Source of the DNA: an uncultured Candidatus Saccharibacteria bacterium
GTDB lineage: Bacteria > Patescibacteriota > Saccharimonadia > Saccharimonadales > JAGQNJ01
Direction of reading: 5' to 3'
DNA: 64,000 nucleotides
Assembly (NCBI GenBank): GCA_964504275.1
Contig: CAZDDV010000004.1
Coordinates: forward strand, 9,908 to 73,907
The translations under genes and the position numbers were made by a program. Below, in pieces: positions 48,786-58,166 of the stretch (within the stretch, counting starts at the first letter, position 1; each line of letters opens with the position of its first letter). The notes under the pieces were generated by a model that did no database searches, was not told the DNA's origin, and worked only from the letters and a program-made list of their open reading frames with translations.

Positions 48786-50822
48786 AACAACACGAGTGAT
48801 ATAAACAAGCCGGTTTCTTCCGCCGCCCAAACTGCACTAGACCTGAAGCTGAGCAAAACCGGCGGTACGATGAGCGGCAATCTAAACATGGGCGGTAGCC
48901 AGGTTACTAACCTTGGGGTCACTACCAGTGATGCGGATGCTGCAACCAAGAGTTATGTAGACTCGATTAGCTTTGAGAGTATGGCAACTGCAAGCGGCGG
49001 CACAAATATGCGCGATGCAAATCTAGATGCGTGGTACGAAGATCTCGAGAACGCTACGACTCAATCGGTTGATCTTGTTGTGCTTGCGGATTCGATTGGC
49101 GAATTTGGCTGGATTGACGGCCTAGAGACGCAACTAGCCACTCGTTATAATGCCCGCCAAGATGTGATGACTCAGCCAATTGTCGGCTATCATACTGCGG
49201 GCAGTACTTCGTTTCATGCGATGCCGACCAGTACTGGATCGGATAGTGAATCTGGCGCAGCTGGTTTTTCTTCGACGCTCACTGATGGGCAGTCGTCGTC
49301 AATGACAGTCTATTGTGACGGTGTCATTGTGTTATGGACGGCCGGGACGGGCACACTAACCGTAAAGGATGGTGGCTCTGGTGGTTCAACGGTGGCTACT
49401 ATCGATACAAACACCGGAACAGGTTCGAGCAACATCACGTCGATTGATCTCACTACTCACGCCAGCCACAATATCTGGATTGGATCGACAGGGAATACCC
49501 ACCTCGAGGGCGTATATCCGACAGCTGGTAATCGAACTGTCGGTGTCAGGGTGTGGCGATTTGCACACGCAGGCTATAGTACTGCGGATTTCGTCGATAA
49601 TACTGACTATGGCCTGGACTTTATCGCAAAACTAAAGGTTCATACTGGGCGCGAACCGCATGTCATGGTAGCAACCGGATTCAATGACCCAGTGGTTAGC
49701 TATGAGGACGACTTAAACAATTTAATTACAGCCATAAAGGCGCGAACTAACGGGACACTTACCCGCTGGATTAACTGGGGGAGTTCCACGGGAAATGCTG
49801 GTGGCGTCGCTAAGCATGACATCGCACTTGATGTAGCCGAGCAGCAAAATATGGCCGTTATCGATGCATATCGAGCATTTGGCGATATTGGCTTAGGGGC
49901 GGATGCAAACAATCTGAGCCCAGATAATGCCCATCCGGGTGCCTCTGGCAGCGGTGTTATTATGACGCAAGCTTTGTTGGTGCTAGGAGGGGATCCCTTA
50001 GGTGCACTCAGCGGGGTGGTTACTTCATATCCATGGAATTATCGTGGCACCATTAGCACTACGCACGCAGTTCCGACCGGCAATTCGTTATGGTCGCCAA
50101 CTCTTGATCTTGGCAGTATCGACACCGCCCACTTTTTTGGCTACCCAATGTTCCACGTTAAAAATAGTAGTGGGGATGACTGGGGGCAAATTTCAATTGT
50201 TCCGGGACCAGCGGTTGAACAGTTGTATCCTGCATTCGATGCCGCGACAATAGCTTTTGGTCCTGGCGGCGATGGCGCTTTTGCTCCAACGTGGGATACG
50301 TATCTCTACCGCAGCGGTAGTGGTGAATTGTCATTGCGAGCGAGTAACACCACATATGCCAACCTTGTTACGAACCTAACTCGCAGTGGTGCTGGATCTC
50401 CAGAGACAAGCGTAGCTGCACCTATCGGCGCAACTTATAAAGACACCACCAACGGCACCAATTATATAAAAACGGTCGGAACTGGCAACACTGGCTGGCA
50501 AGCGGCTGGCGGAAACCGTGCCATTAATGCCCAGGTAGGAACCAGTTATACGCTGTTACTTGCCGACCAAGGAAAAGTTGTAACGCTTAATAACGGCTCA
50601 GAAATTACTTTAAACATACCAACCAACACAACGGCGGCTTTCCCAGTCGGGACAGAAATAGACATAATTCAGCTTGGTATCGGGCAGGTAGTAGTCACGC
50701 CCGCTGGAACCGTGACAGTAAACAGCACGCCAGGCCTAAAAATTTCTGCTCGATATGGCCGCGCCAAGTTGTTAAAAATTGCCACCAATGGATGGGTTCT
50801 TTCGGGTGACCTATCGGCTTAG
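48651..50822 (+). CDS. Tail-fibre/tail-spike-like protein with a central SGNH-esterase-like domain
   Basis: N-terminal MARLPNPGGDSDEWGDILNSFLGVAHNDDGTLK, the fibre motif GGTMSGNLNMGGSQVTNLG..DAATKSYVD, SGNH block I DLVVLADSIGE and block V DNAHPGASG, and the shared C-terminal module. Confidence 0.65.
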   Translation: MARLPNPGGDSDEWGDILNSFLGVAHNDDGTLKSLDPDDVGLGNVNNTSDINKPVSSAAQTALDLKLSKTGGTMSGNLNMGGSQVTNLGVTTSDADAATKSYVDSISFESMATASGGTNMRDANLDAWYEDLENATTQSVDLVVLADSIGEFGWIDGLETQLATRYNARQDVMTQPIVGYHTAGSTSFHAMPTSTGSDSESGAAGFSSTLTDGQSSSMTVYCDGVIVLWTAGTGTLTVKDGGSGGSTVATIDTNTGTGSSNITSIDLTTHASHNIWIGSTGNTHLEGVYPTAGNRTVGVRVWRFAHAGYSTADFVDNTDYGLDFIAKLKVHTGREPHVMVATGFNDPVVSYEDDLNNLITAIKARTNGTLTRWINWGSSTGNAGGVAKHDIALDVAEQQNMAVIDAYRAFGDIGLGADANNLSPDNAHPGASGSGVIMTQALLVLGGDPLGALSGVVTSYPWNYRGTISTTHAVPTGNSLWSPTLDLGSIDTAHFFGYPMFHVKNSSGDDWGQISIVPGPAVEQLYPAFDAATIAFGPGGDGAFAPTWDTYLYRSGSGELSLRASNTTYANLVTNLTRSGAGSPETSVAAPIGATYKDTTNGTNYIKTVGTGNTGWQAAGGNRAINAQVGTSYTLLLADQGKVVTLNNGSEITLNIPTNTTAAFPVGTEIDIIQLGIGQVVVTPAGTVTVNSTPGLKISARYGRAKLLKIATNGWVLSGDLSA

Positions 50823-50959
50823 TGGGTGCTCGCAAGAGTAATGACAGAAAAGGGTGTTTCTGTCACGAGCATACATATTAATTTATGCTACAATACAACA
50901 TAAGCATAAGGGAACAAGCAGTAAAGGGTATGTGTATAAATAACAAAGGCTCCAACTAA

Positions 50960-51094
50960 ATGGCACGCCTACCAAATCCAGGTGGTGACAGTGGCGAATG
51001 GGGAGATATCCTCAATTCTTTTTTGGGTGTTGCTCATAACGACGACGGAACACTAAAATCACTCGATCCCGACGATGTCGGACTTGGTAACGTT
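50960..51094 (+). repeat. 135-bp near-identical direct repeat (copy 2)
   Basis: See 48651-48785. A second shared block of 48 nt with 1 mismatch lies at 50451-50498 and 52778-52825. Confidence 0.85.
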
Positions 51095-53146
51095 GATAAC
51101 ACCAGCGATGTAACAAAAAACTCTGCCGTCGCAACCCTAACAAACAAAACAATCGACGCAAACGGAACTGGCAACAGCATTACGAACCTAGAAACTGCTG
51201 ACTTTGCCACCAACGTCATCGATACCGACGACACGCTGACTGCTAACTCTGATACGCGTATCGCAACGCAGCAAGCAACCAAGGCGTATGTAGATAATTC
51301 CACGATTGCGGCCTTACCCGAACCTGGTGGCACGATGATGCAAGACCCGCAATTATCGGCATGGTTTAGCGATTTAGAAAACCCGCGCGATAACCCGATA
51401 GATCTTGTATATTTGGGTGACTCGATTCACGAAATCGCAAGCATTGCATTAGTGGTGCAAACACAGTTGGCAACTAGGTTTAACAGTGATCTTGGTGTGC
51501 CAACCGTAACACAGATTGGGTATCGCCGTGCATCATCTGGTGGTTGGGGTCCAATGGACACAATTGGCGGAACAAGCAGTACTGACGTCAGTGGTTTTGG
51601 TGGATACCATTGCACGATGACCAATGGTCAATCTTGTGCGCACACCGCAACGTGTGATGGCGTGCTTGTGGTATGGCGCGAGAACACCGGCACATTAACG
51701 ATCAAAGATGGTGGTTCTGGCGGCACGACAATCGGCACAATTGACACGACAACCGGTAATGGCTGGAGCAATGTCAGTAGTTTTGATTTCGGTACTCTTG
51801 CTAGTCGTGAAATTTGGATTGGGTCAACTGGTAATACGACACTTGAGGGTATTTTTGTTACGGTCGGTAACTTAGATGCCGGTATTCGCGTGTGGGACGG
51901 TACAAATGCCGGTACAGCGGTAGAGCATTTTGCAAATGATAGTTCGTGGGGTATTGATCTTATCGCCGGGATTAAGGCGCTAACTGGCCGAGAAGTTCAT
52001 TATTTCTTGGCGCCAAGCTTCAATACGGCCGAAGTAGACTACCAGTCCGAAATGGAACAGCTTATTGACAGTATTCAGGCAGTGAGCAGCGGCTCGGGTA
52101 TTATCTGGTCGCCATGGCTAAACCCGTCAGTCGGAAAAGAGCTGGGTCGAGGCAACATTGCTCGTGCGATTGGAGCAGACAAAGGCTTGGCGGTCATTGA
52201 CGCCGGCCGGGCCTTTGGTGACATTTCAGCGATTGGCGACGCCAATAATTTGAGCGGCGACGGCGCACATCCGAGTACAAACGGCGCCGCCGTGCTCGCA
52301 CTGCACGAATTAATGGTGTTAACCGGTGATCCGCTTGGCACGCTCGCAGCTGCGATCCCGATGGGTTATTACGACTACACGGGCACATTTACTGGCCCAA
52401 CTACGGGTGCCCATACTGGAAACTGGAAGGTGGACGGTGGTGACAACGGAAGCTTAGAGGGTACATCGGTATTTGGATATCCATATATCGGGGTTAAGGT
52501 TGACGACGACGACCTGGTCCAGCAAGTTTTAATTGCACCAAGCTCAACAATGAGTGCTCTAACTGCCGGTGCAATTACGAATGCGGTTATTGCGCTCGGC
52601 GTTGGCGGTGGAACAGCCCAAGATGTATTTTTGATGCGAACCGCGGCGGGCGAGCTGTCAATACGAGCATCAGCAACAACCTATGCAAATGTAGTAACGA
52701 ATCTTATCCGTAATGGCGCAGGCTCACCAGAAGCCAGCGTTACTGCACCAGTCGGGGCAAATTATACTGACACTACAAACGGCACCAATTATATAAAAAC
52801 GGTCGGAACCGGCAACACTGGCTGGGCATATGCAAGTGGCGTGCAGCCTATTAACGCGCAGGTTGCGAGCTATCCATTGGTGCTTGCAGATCAATTCAAG
52901 ATGGTGACAATGACGAGTGGCTCTGCGATGGATCTTACGGTGCCGTTGAATTCAAGCGTCGCATATCCAGTTGGTACGCGAATTGATATCACGCAGCTTG
53001 GAGCCGGTCAAGTTACTGTCGTTGCAACTGGTGGTGTCACGATCAATGCCACTCCAGGCCTTAAGTTAAGTGGGCAATATGCCGCTGCCTCACTCGTCAA
53101 AACTGCCACAAACACATGGCTACTGATTGGTAGTTTGTCAGCATGA
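50960..53146 (+). CDS. Tail-fibre/tail-spike-like protein with a central SGNH-esterase-like domain (paralogue)
   Basis: The first 45 aa are almost identical to the 48651 protein. SGNH block I DLVYLGDSIHE and block V DGAHPSTNG. Conserved C-terminal TNGTNYIKTVGTGNTGW...GSLSA. Confidence 0.65.
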   Translation: MARLPNPGGDSGEWGDILNSFLGVAHNDDGTLKSLDPDDVGLGNVDNTSDVTKNSAVATLTNKTIDANGTGNSITNLETADFATNVIDTDDTLTANSDTRIATQQATKAYVDNSTIAALPEPGGTMMQDPQLSAWFSDLENPRDNPIDLVYLGDSIHEIASIALVVQTQLATRFNSDLGVPTVTQIGYRRASSGGWGPMDTIGGTSSTDVSGFGGYHCTMTNGQSCAHTATCDGVLVVWRENTGTLTIKDGGSGGTTIGTIDTTTGNGWSNVSSFDFGTLASREIWIGSTGNTTLEGIFVTVGNLDAGIRVWDGTNAGTAVEHFANDSSWGIDLIAGIKALTGREVHYFLAPSFNTAEVDYQSEMEQLIDSIQAVSSGSGIIWSPWLNPSVGKELGRGNIARAIGADKGLAVIDAGRAFGDISAIGDANNLSGDGAHPSTNGAAVLALHELMVLTGDPLGTLAAAIPMGYYDYTGTFTGPTTGAHTGNWKVDGGDNGSLEGTSVFGYPYIGVKVDDDDLVQQVLIAPSSTMSALTAGAITNAVIALGVGGGTAQDVFLMRTAAGELSIRASATTYANVVTNLIRNGAGSPEASVTAPVGANYTDTTNGTNYIKTVGTGNTGWAYASGVQPINAQVASYPLVLADQFKMVTMTSGSAMDLTVPLNSSVAYPVGTRIDITQLGAGQVTVVATGGVTINATPGLKLSGQYAAASLVKTATNTWLLIGSLSA

Positions 53147-53859
53147 TTCCGCTTGGAATTATGGCGAGCCAAAGCAGTACCCCACTTCCACCATTTGATA
53201 TTCTAACAAGCATTCCATGGCACGCAGCATATTGGGCCGAAGATCCTGGCTGGTCAAATCCTGGCGATGGCAACACTGTTACGACCTGGGATGATGCCAC
53301 AACAAATGGTCGTGATTTAACGCAAGGTACGGCAGGTAGCAGGCCAACGTATCGTAGTAGTTCAGCTACGCTGAATAACAAACCAGCGCTGGAATTTGTA
53401 AGTGATTTTTTTACGGCTACTTCTGCTGCTTGGGGTACATTAACGCAGCCAGTAAGTATTGTTGTGGTTGGATTCTGGACTGCCCCAGACGCAAGTAACG
53501 ATGCGATTGTTGGCGCAAACAGCGGCACATTTTTACTTCGTAAAAGTGCTACGTCATCAATACAAATTTTTGCTGCAGGAGGCGTTACGGGTGTGACGGT
53601 GAATGGCAATGGCCATCTTTATGGGGGCGTATATAACGGTGCTAGTTCAAATATCATTTATGATGGCACGCTTACCAGTGGTAACGTTGGCGCAGGTAGC
53701 TTGGCCGGTGTTACATTGAGTGGCGCCACCGGCGCAGCCGCTTCATCACATACCTTTACTATGGCGTTTGCGGGGTTCTACAGTGGAATTATAACCAGCC
53801 ACTTGCGTTGGACTGATCTAAAAACTTGGGTCACTAGTCAATACGGCATATCGATGTAG
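53143..53859 (+). CDS. Hypothetical protein, LamG/concanavalin-like (tentative)
   Basis: ATGA overlap with the fibre gene. W..EDPGWSNPGDGNTVTTWDDATTNGRDLTQGTAGSRPTY....LNNKPALEF resembles the opening of LamG-domain proteins. Confidence 0.5.
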   Translation: MIPLGIMASQSSTPLPPFDILTSIPWHAAYWAEDPGWSNPGDGNTVTTWDDATTNGRDLTQGTAGSRPTYRSSSATLNNKPALEFVSDFFTATSAAWGTLTQPVSIVVVGFWTAPDASNDAIVGANSGTFLLRKSATSSIQIFAAGGVTGVTVNGNGHLYGGVYNGASSNIIYDGTLTSGNVGAGSLAGVTLSGATGAAASSHTFTMAFAGFYSGIITSHLRWTDLKTWVTSQYGISM

Positions 53860-53860
53860 G

Positions 53861-54550
53861 TTATGGGTTGATTGGGTCGCCCAGGACTGTCGGTTCGCCT
53901 TTTATGTAGACATTGTAGAGTGCTTTGACACGGGCTAGGATTTCGCGGCGAGTGCTGCCTATGGCCTCTACATTATTCGCAACACCGTAGCTATCGATAC
54001 CAAAATGTTTGCACAAAAATATTGCCCGCGGCAAGTGCGATCCGGCGCTAAAAATGATCAGTTCGGATTGCCCAAAGATTTTGTTGGCGCGCTCGCACGA
54101 CTCAAAAGTGCTACGGCCGGCGTAATCCGGTATCAGCTTTTCGCTCGCGATTCCTTTGGCGATTAAATAATCTTTCATCGCTTGCGGTTCGTTGTATTCA
54201 AAAAACCGGTTATCACCAGATAAAATGAGCTTGTCTACTTTGCCGGCTGCAAGGGCTTCGGCGCCGCTGTCCAAACGTGCTTCCAGTTCTTTGTATGGTT
54301 TGCCCTCGGCAGTAATTCCGGCGCCTAATACCAACCCAACCGAGCGCTTCGGCGCCTCATCTATCGAAACAACCCGATTTTTATAGGGGTTAATTATTAA
54401 GTATGAAGCCACAATCAGCAACACGGGAATCAGCAACAAAACATCAATTGCCAAAAAACCAATCAAGAGTTTTTTGCGCGTAGTAGTGTTAATCATTATT
54501 TTAATCATACCAAATATGAAAACAGATACTGATATTTGGGGTGAGTTCAT
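53861..54550 (-). CDS. SanA/YdcF (DUF218) family envelope protein
   Basis: N-terminal TM helix, then VGLVLGAGI and KLILSGDNRFFEYNEPQAMKDYLIAKGI, matching the SanA pattern SGDN...YDEP.AM. Confidence 0.7.
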   Translation of the reverse strand: MNSPQISVSVFIFGMIKIMINTTTRKKLLIGFLAIDVLLLIPVLLIVASYLIINPYKNRVVSIDEAPKRSVGLVLGAGITAEGKPYKELEARLDSGAEALAAGKVDKLILSGDNRFFEYNEPQAMKDYLIAKGIASEKLIPDYAGRSTFESCERANKIFGQSELIIFSAGSHLPRAIFLCKHFGIDSYGVANNVEAIGSTRREILARVKALYNVYIKGEPTVLGDPINP

Positions 54551-54589
54551 TATGCTGCGTAGCCAAGGGGTTGCTGTATAATTGTTGTA

Positions 54590-55570
54590 ATGTCAAAAGT
54601 GTCAAAAGCAAAACAAAAACAAGAATCAACTTTTAATCACGGTGCCAAAGGTCGCATTAAACGACTATATTTTACGGGATTTTCGATGGGAATGGCCGAT
54701 TTAGTGCCGGGTGTTTCTGGCGGAACGATTGCGTTTTTGTTCGGCATCTACGACGAATTGTTATTTAGCATTAAAGCCGTCACCGGCAAGGTACTTAAAC
54801 TTGCACTCAAGGGTAAATTGTTGCAGGCAATTGCAGCCGTACCTTTTGGTTTTTTGGTGCCGCTCATGCTAGGAATTTTGACGGCTATTTTTGGCATGGT
54901 TGGCATCGTTACCTATTTACTGGAGCAATATCCGGTGTTGATATGGTCGGCGTTTTTTGGGTTGGTGATTGGGTCGGCATACGTTGTTTCAAAGCGAGTA
55001 ACGCGGTGGAATTACCGCCGCATTTTGTTGTTGGTTCTCGGGTTCATTGTCACGTATGTTGTCGTCGGACTTCCAAATTTTAGTGCGAACGCGTCGCCGC
55101 TGGTTATTTTTGCAACCGGCGCGGTGGCGTCATGCGCAATGATTTTGCCGGGTATTTCGGGCTCACTTATTATGGTGATTTTGGGACATTACAAAAACGT
55201 GCTAACCGCTGTTGCTAGTCGCGACTTATTATTCTTGGCAATTTTTGCTTCGGGTATTGTTGTGGGGCTGGGGTTGTTTTCACGCTTACTAAGTTGGTTA
55301 TTGCGCGTTCATCGTAGCGGTACAATTGTGTTTCTCATTGGTGTTATGCTTGGGTCTCTGCGCAAAGTTTGGCCATGGCAAATTGATAATCTTGATAAAA
55401 CATTTTCGAACGTGGCACCTCAGTTTGGCTGGCAGTTTGTGTTCGCGCTGATTATTGCCGCCGCAAGTTTTGTGTTGGTCTGGAAGTTAGAACAACTTGG
55501 CTTTGCCAAAGATCACATTGATATCGACTCAAAAGATTTCAAAAAAGAACTCGCCGAGCAGCATGACTAA
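54590..55570 (+). CDS. DUF368 family polytopic membrane protein (putative polyprenyl-phosphate transporter family)
   Basis: Duplicated motifs [10 protein letters not shown] and [10 protein letters not shown] within about 8 TM helices are diagnostic of DUF368. Confidence 0.75.
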   Translation: MSKVSKAKQKQESTFNHGAKGRIKRLYFTGFSMGMADLVPGVSGGTIAFLFGIYDELLFSIKAVTGKVLKLALKGKLLQAIAAVPFGFLVPLMLGILTAIFGMVGIVTYLLEQYPVLIWSAFFGLVIGSAYVVSKRVTRWNYRRILLLVLGFIVTYVVVGLPNFSANASPLVIFATGAVASCAMILPGISGSLIMVILGHYKNVLTAVASRDLLFLAIFASGIVVGLGLFSRLLSWLLRVHRSGTIVFLIGVMLGSLRKVWPWQIDNLDKTFSNVAPQFGWQFVFALIIAAASFVLVWKLEQLGFAKDHIDIDSKDFKKELAEQHD

Positions 55571-55916
55571 ACCACGAATTTACAGCATGAGTTTCGCCAA
55601 CGTATATCCGCTGTATATTGCCAAAGCCGAAAAAAAAGATCGCACCAAAGCAGAAGTAGACGAGATAATTTGTTGGTTGACCGGGCACAGTCAAAAAAGT
55701 TTAGAGACGGAGCTAGAAAACCAAACCGATTTTGAAACGTTTTTTGCAACTGCGCCAAAACTAAATCCTCTGCGACGTTTAATCACGGGCGTTATTTGCG
55801 GCATAAGGGTTGAGGAAATCAAAGAGCCAACCATGCAAGAAATCCGCTACCTCGACAAACTCATCGACGAGCTAGCGAAGGGCAAACCAATGCAAAAAAT
55901 CCTCCGCACAAAATAA
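55563..55916 (+). CDS. DUF2200 family protein
   Basis: Internal ATG at 55563. [37 protein letters not shown] matches DUF2200 as I recall it. Confidence 0.6.
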   Translation: MTKPRIYSMSFANVYPLYIAKAEKKDRTKAEVDEIICWLTGHSQKSLETELENQTDFETFFATAPKLNPLRRLITGVICGIRVEEIKEPTMQEIRYLDKLIDELAKGKPMQKILRTK

Positions 55917-55935
55917 AAAATTCTAGCGTACTGGC

Positions 55936-56190
55936 TTAACTGCCGGCTTCTGACTCCATTTTTTCTAGGCGTGTGTAATAATCTGGGATTTCTTTTAAGT
56001 GAGCCCAAGCGATTTTTCCGGTCATCGTAAGGTCATTGTTAGTGACATTTGTTTCAGGATCTTGCGCGCCGTGTTCTAGCTCGATCGCTAAACCTTTTCG
56101 GAACTGCTCAATGTCATAAACACTAAAGTCTATGCCCAATTTTTCGCCAATGCTTTTTGCTTCATCTAATGTAAATTCTTTTTTAGTCAT
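55936..56190 (-). CDS. DUF5661-like small protein
   Basis: FTLDEAKSIGEKLGIDF...FRKGLAIELEHG...IAWAHLKEIPDYY is the pattern of the DUF5661 family. ATG at 56190 chosen. Confidence 0.55.
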   Translation of the reverse strand: MTKKEFTLDEAKSIGEKLGIDFSVYDIEQFRKGLAIELEHGAQDPETNVTNNDLTMTGKIAWAHLKEIPDYYTRLEKMESEAGS

Positions 56191-56241
56191 AACGTAACTA
56201 TAACACCGAAGCATCCGTATAATGGATTTAATCCGAGTTTA

Positions 56242-56262
56242 TCGTGGCTGGGGCGGTAGGAT
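56242..56262. repeat. Orphan 21-bp copy of the tRNA-Gln 3' end (distal att-like repeat)
   Basis: Exact match to 62531-62551. No remaining tRNA sequence is adjacent. Confidence 0.85.
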
Positions 56263-56435
56263 AATCGCACGACTGCAATCATGCTCGAAGCAAACTTCTG
56301 CGCGTAATCTTGCGACCGAACCTCGGCTTTGCCGAACAGTTCTCGGCATAACACACAAGCCAATATAAAAAGGCCTCAAACGAGACCTGTTTATATTGGC
56401 TGAGCATGCTGGTCTGGAACATAATTATAGATGAG

Positions 56436-56460
56436 AATGAGACAAATTAGACACTATAAA
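56436..56460 (+). repeat. 25-nt motif AATGAGACAAATTAGACACTATAAA (copy 1; promoter/operator-like)
   Basis: 23/25 identical to 58103-58127. It is preceded by CTGAGCATG..GGTCT (56400-56420), which also recurs at 57993-58013. Confidence 0.7.
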
Positions 56461-56474
56461 TGCAATCTATATAG

Positions 56475-56957
56475 TCAATTTGACTCGAAAGACTTTCTGA
56501 GTGCTTCTGCATCTATGCCTGGCGAGAAAGGCACATTCTGATAACTCACCAGAAGCGTCCACTTAACATCCTCAGATTTATGATAAGTGCTTGCCATCAT
56601 TGTCCCAAAATCACCATCACTATCCGTTGTACTAACATTGTAAAATAACACAGCAGTATTACTAGTTGGTTGTGAGAATTCAATGAATTTATAATAGCAG
56701 TCTCCCCATGGCTTAGAGTTCGTTGATAAATCAATAAATTGTGAACGTGAAATAGTTACCCAAAAACCTCCATCAGAGGGCATAAAAAGAAAGCCGCCAG
56801 GATATACATTTTTTGTAATGTAACTCCTTGCCATATTTTTTCCTGTTGCTCTCCAAAAACCACGTTCAATCTCAAATATCAGATTAAATGTTGGGTTTCC
56901 CTCGAGGATTGTTGGAATCTCATAATGATCTTTTAGGTTTTCATCTATATTTGCCAC
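56475..56957 (-). CDS. Hypothetical protein (island cargo)
   Basis: 160-aa ORF with no recognisable motif. Confidence 0.5.
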   Translation of the reverse strand: MANIDENLKDHYEIPTILEGNPTFNLIFEIERGFWRATGKNMARSYITKNVYPGGFLFMPSDGGFWVTISRSQFIDLSTNSKPWGDCYYKFIEFSQPTSNTAVLFYNVSTTDSDGDFGTMMASTYHKSEDVKWTLLVSYQNVPFSPGIDAEALRKSFESN

Positions 56958-56997
56958 AGACTCGACTCCTTAGTTTAATCTAAACATTAATTAATCA

Positions 56998-57684
56998 TCA
57001 TCTGATTCTCACTAATATTTCCTTAAATGCATCAACTTTTACATCTATTTTTGTTAAAAGTTCCTCTCGGTTTAGACCGTAGGAATTTGGATGTTTCTTT
57101 CTTGATAAGACATGTGCTTTTACGTTATTTTCAAACCTCTTTGCGCCTTCTATCTGATTATCGAGAATTATTTTCGAGATATTTTGATCACTTATTATAA
57201 CGATGTCATAGATTGCTTTGTTGGAGATCTTATAGTTTACCTTGGTCTTGTTTCTACCTTCGATAAGTTGGCAATTCTTCCCTCTTACGATATCTAGTAA
57301 ATATCCATCTTTTTTACAAAGCTCAATTAAACCATCTCTTTTATATCCCAAATCCATTTTGAGGTCTATGAAAGTTGTAATTTCATTATTCTTTATAATA
57401 ACAATATCCGGTATAAATCTTTTAGTATCATTTTCTATTACTATGGATTGGTCGACATAAATTTTCTCGATTGTGTCATCGTTTTCGGCAAGATACTTTG
57501 CAAATAAATCTTCAGCTAGTGGAGAAATTGATCTCGACCTACCTCTGTAAATTTTATCTTTTGGGTAAAAGGGAATACGTGCTAAGTGGTACTGGTTGAT
57601 AATTTCTTTGATAAAATCAGTTGGACTTATAATTTCCTCCTCACGCTTCGTCAATACTACTGATAAGCACTTTGCGTTGTCCAT
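56998..57684 (-). CDS. PD-(D/E)xK restriction-endonuclease-like protein (island cargo)
   Basis: RFIPDIVIIKNNEITTFIDLKMDLG gives the D...(D/E)xK core. Start is uncertain: ATG 57684 overlaps the upstream gene by 44 nt, and a GAGGAGG lies right after that gene's stop. Confidence 0.5.
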   Translation of the reverse strand: MDNAKCLSVVLTKREEEIISPTDFIKEIINQYHLARIPFYPKDKIYRGRSRSISPLAEDLFAKYLAENDDTIEKIYVDQSIVIENDTKRFIPDIVIIKNNEITTFIDLKMDLGYKRDGLIELCKKDGYLLDIVRGKNCQLIEGRNKTKVNYKISNKAIYDIVIISDQNISKIILDNQIEGAKRFENNVKAHVLSRKKHPNSYGLNREELLTKIDVKVDAFKEILVRIR

Positions 57685-57916
57685 TTTCAATAGCTGGCCC
57701 AATATAGCCCAACTGTTCCATGGTATCAATAAGCCTTGCGGCTCTTGCGTATCCAATCCTTAATTGTCTCTGCAGTAAGCTCGGGCTTACCGAGCCGGCT
57801 TCAATAGCTACTTTAACGGCTTCTTTCAAAACATCGTCTTGACTATCGGTAACTAGCACTTCGTCATATTTATTTAAATCATGTCCGCAGTTCGGACAGA
57901 AATGTATTTTACTCAT
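57641..57916 (-). CDS. Zinc-ribbon plus FtsK-gamma winged-helix DNA-binding protein
   Basis: N-terminal FCPNCGHDL. The C-terminal SVSPSLLQRQLRIGYARAARLIDTMEQLGYIGPAIENGQRKVL is an unmistakable FtsK gamma-domain pattern. Confidence 0.7.
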   Translation of the reverse strand: MSKIHFCPNCGHDLNKYDEVLVTDSQDDVLKEAVKVAIEAGSVSPSLLQRQLRIGYARAARLIDTMEQLGYIGPAIENGQRKVLISSIDEA

Positions 57917-58102
57917 GTTATAAATTATAACTCATTCTCGCTTAATAAATGAACTCAGTTCTGCCCAAAGCGCTTGGACAAGACCCGAAAGTCTGAGCAT
58001 GTGGGTCTAGACCTGAAAGTCCGGCTTTATGTTTCACTAAACGTGACTCGAGTCATTGGGCGCTCGGGTCTAGATAGTTTTCACAGGGTAGATTAGCCAA
58101 AA

Positions 58103-58127
58103 AATGAGACAAATGGGACACTATAAA
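58103..58127 (+). repeat. 25-nt motif AATGAGACAAATGGGACACTATAAA (copy 2), 40 nt upstream of the 55-aa ORF
   Basis: See 56436-56460. The nearby GGGTCTAGA is itself duplicated (58003-58011 and 58066-58074). Confidence 0.7.
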
Positions 58128-58166
58128 AAAGGGTGTACCATTTTAGCTTAACAAACGGAGATAAAT

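Noticed and set aside
46975-53859. Diversity-generating retroelement hypothesis for the variable fibre paralogues
   Set aside because: There is no reverse transcriptase gene in the window. There is no template/variable repeat pair with adenine-specific mismatches. The shared blocks are at the conserved ends, not at a C-terminal variable region.
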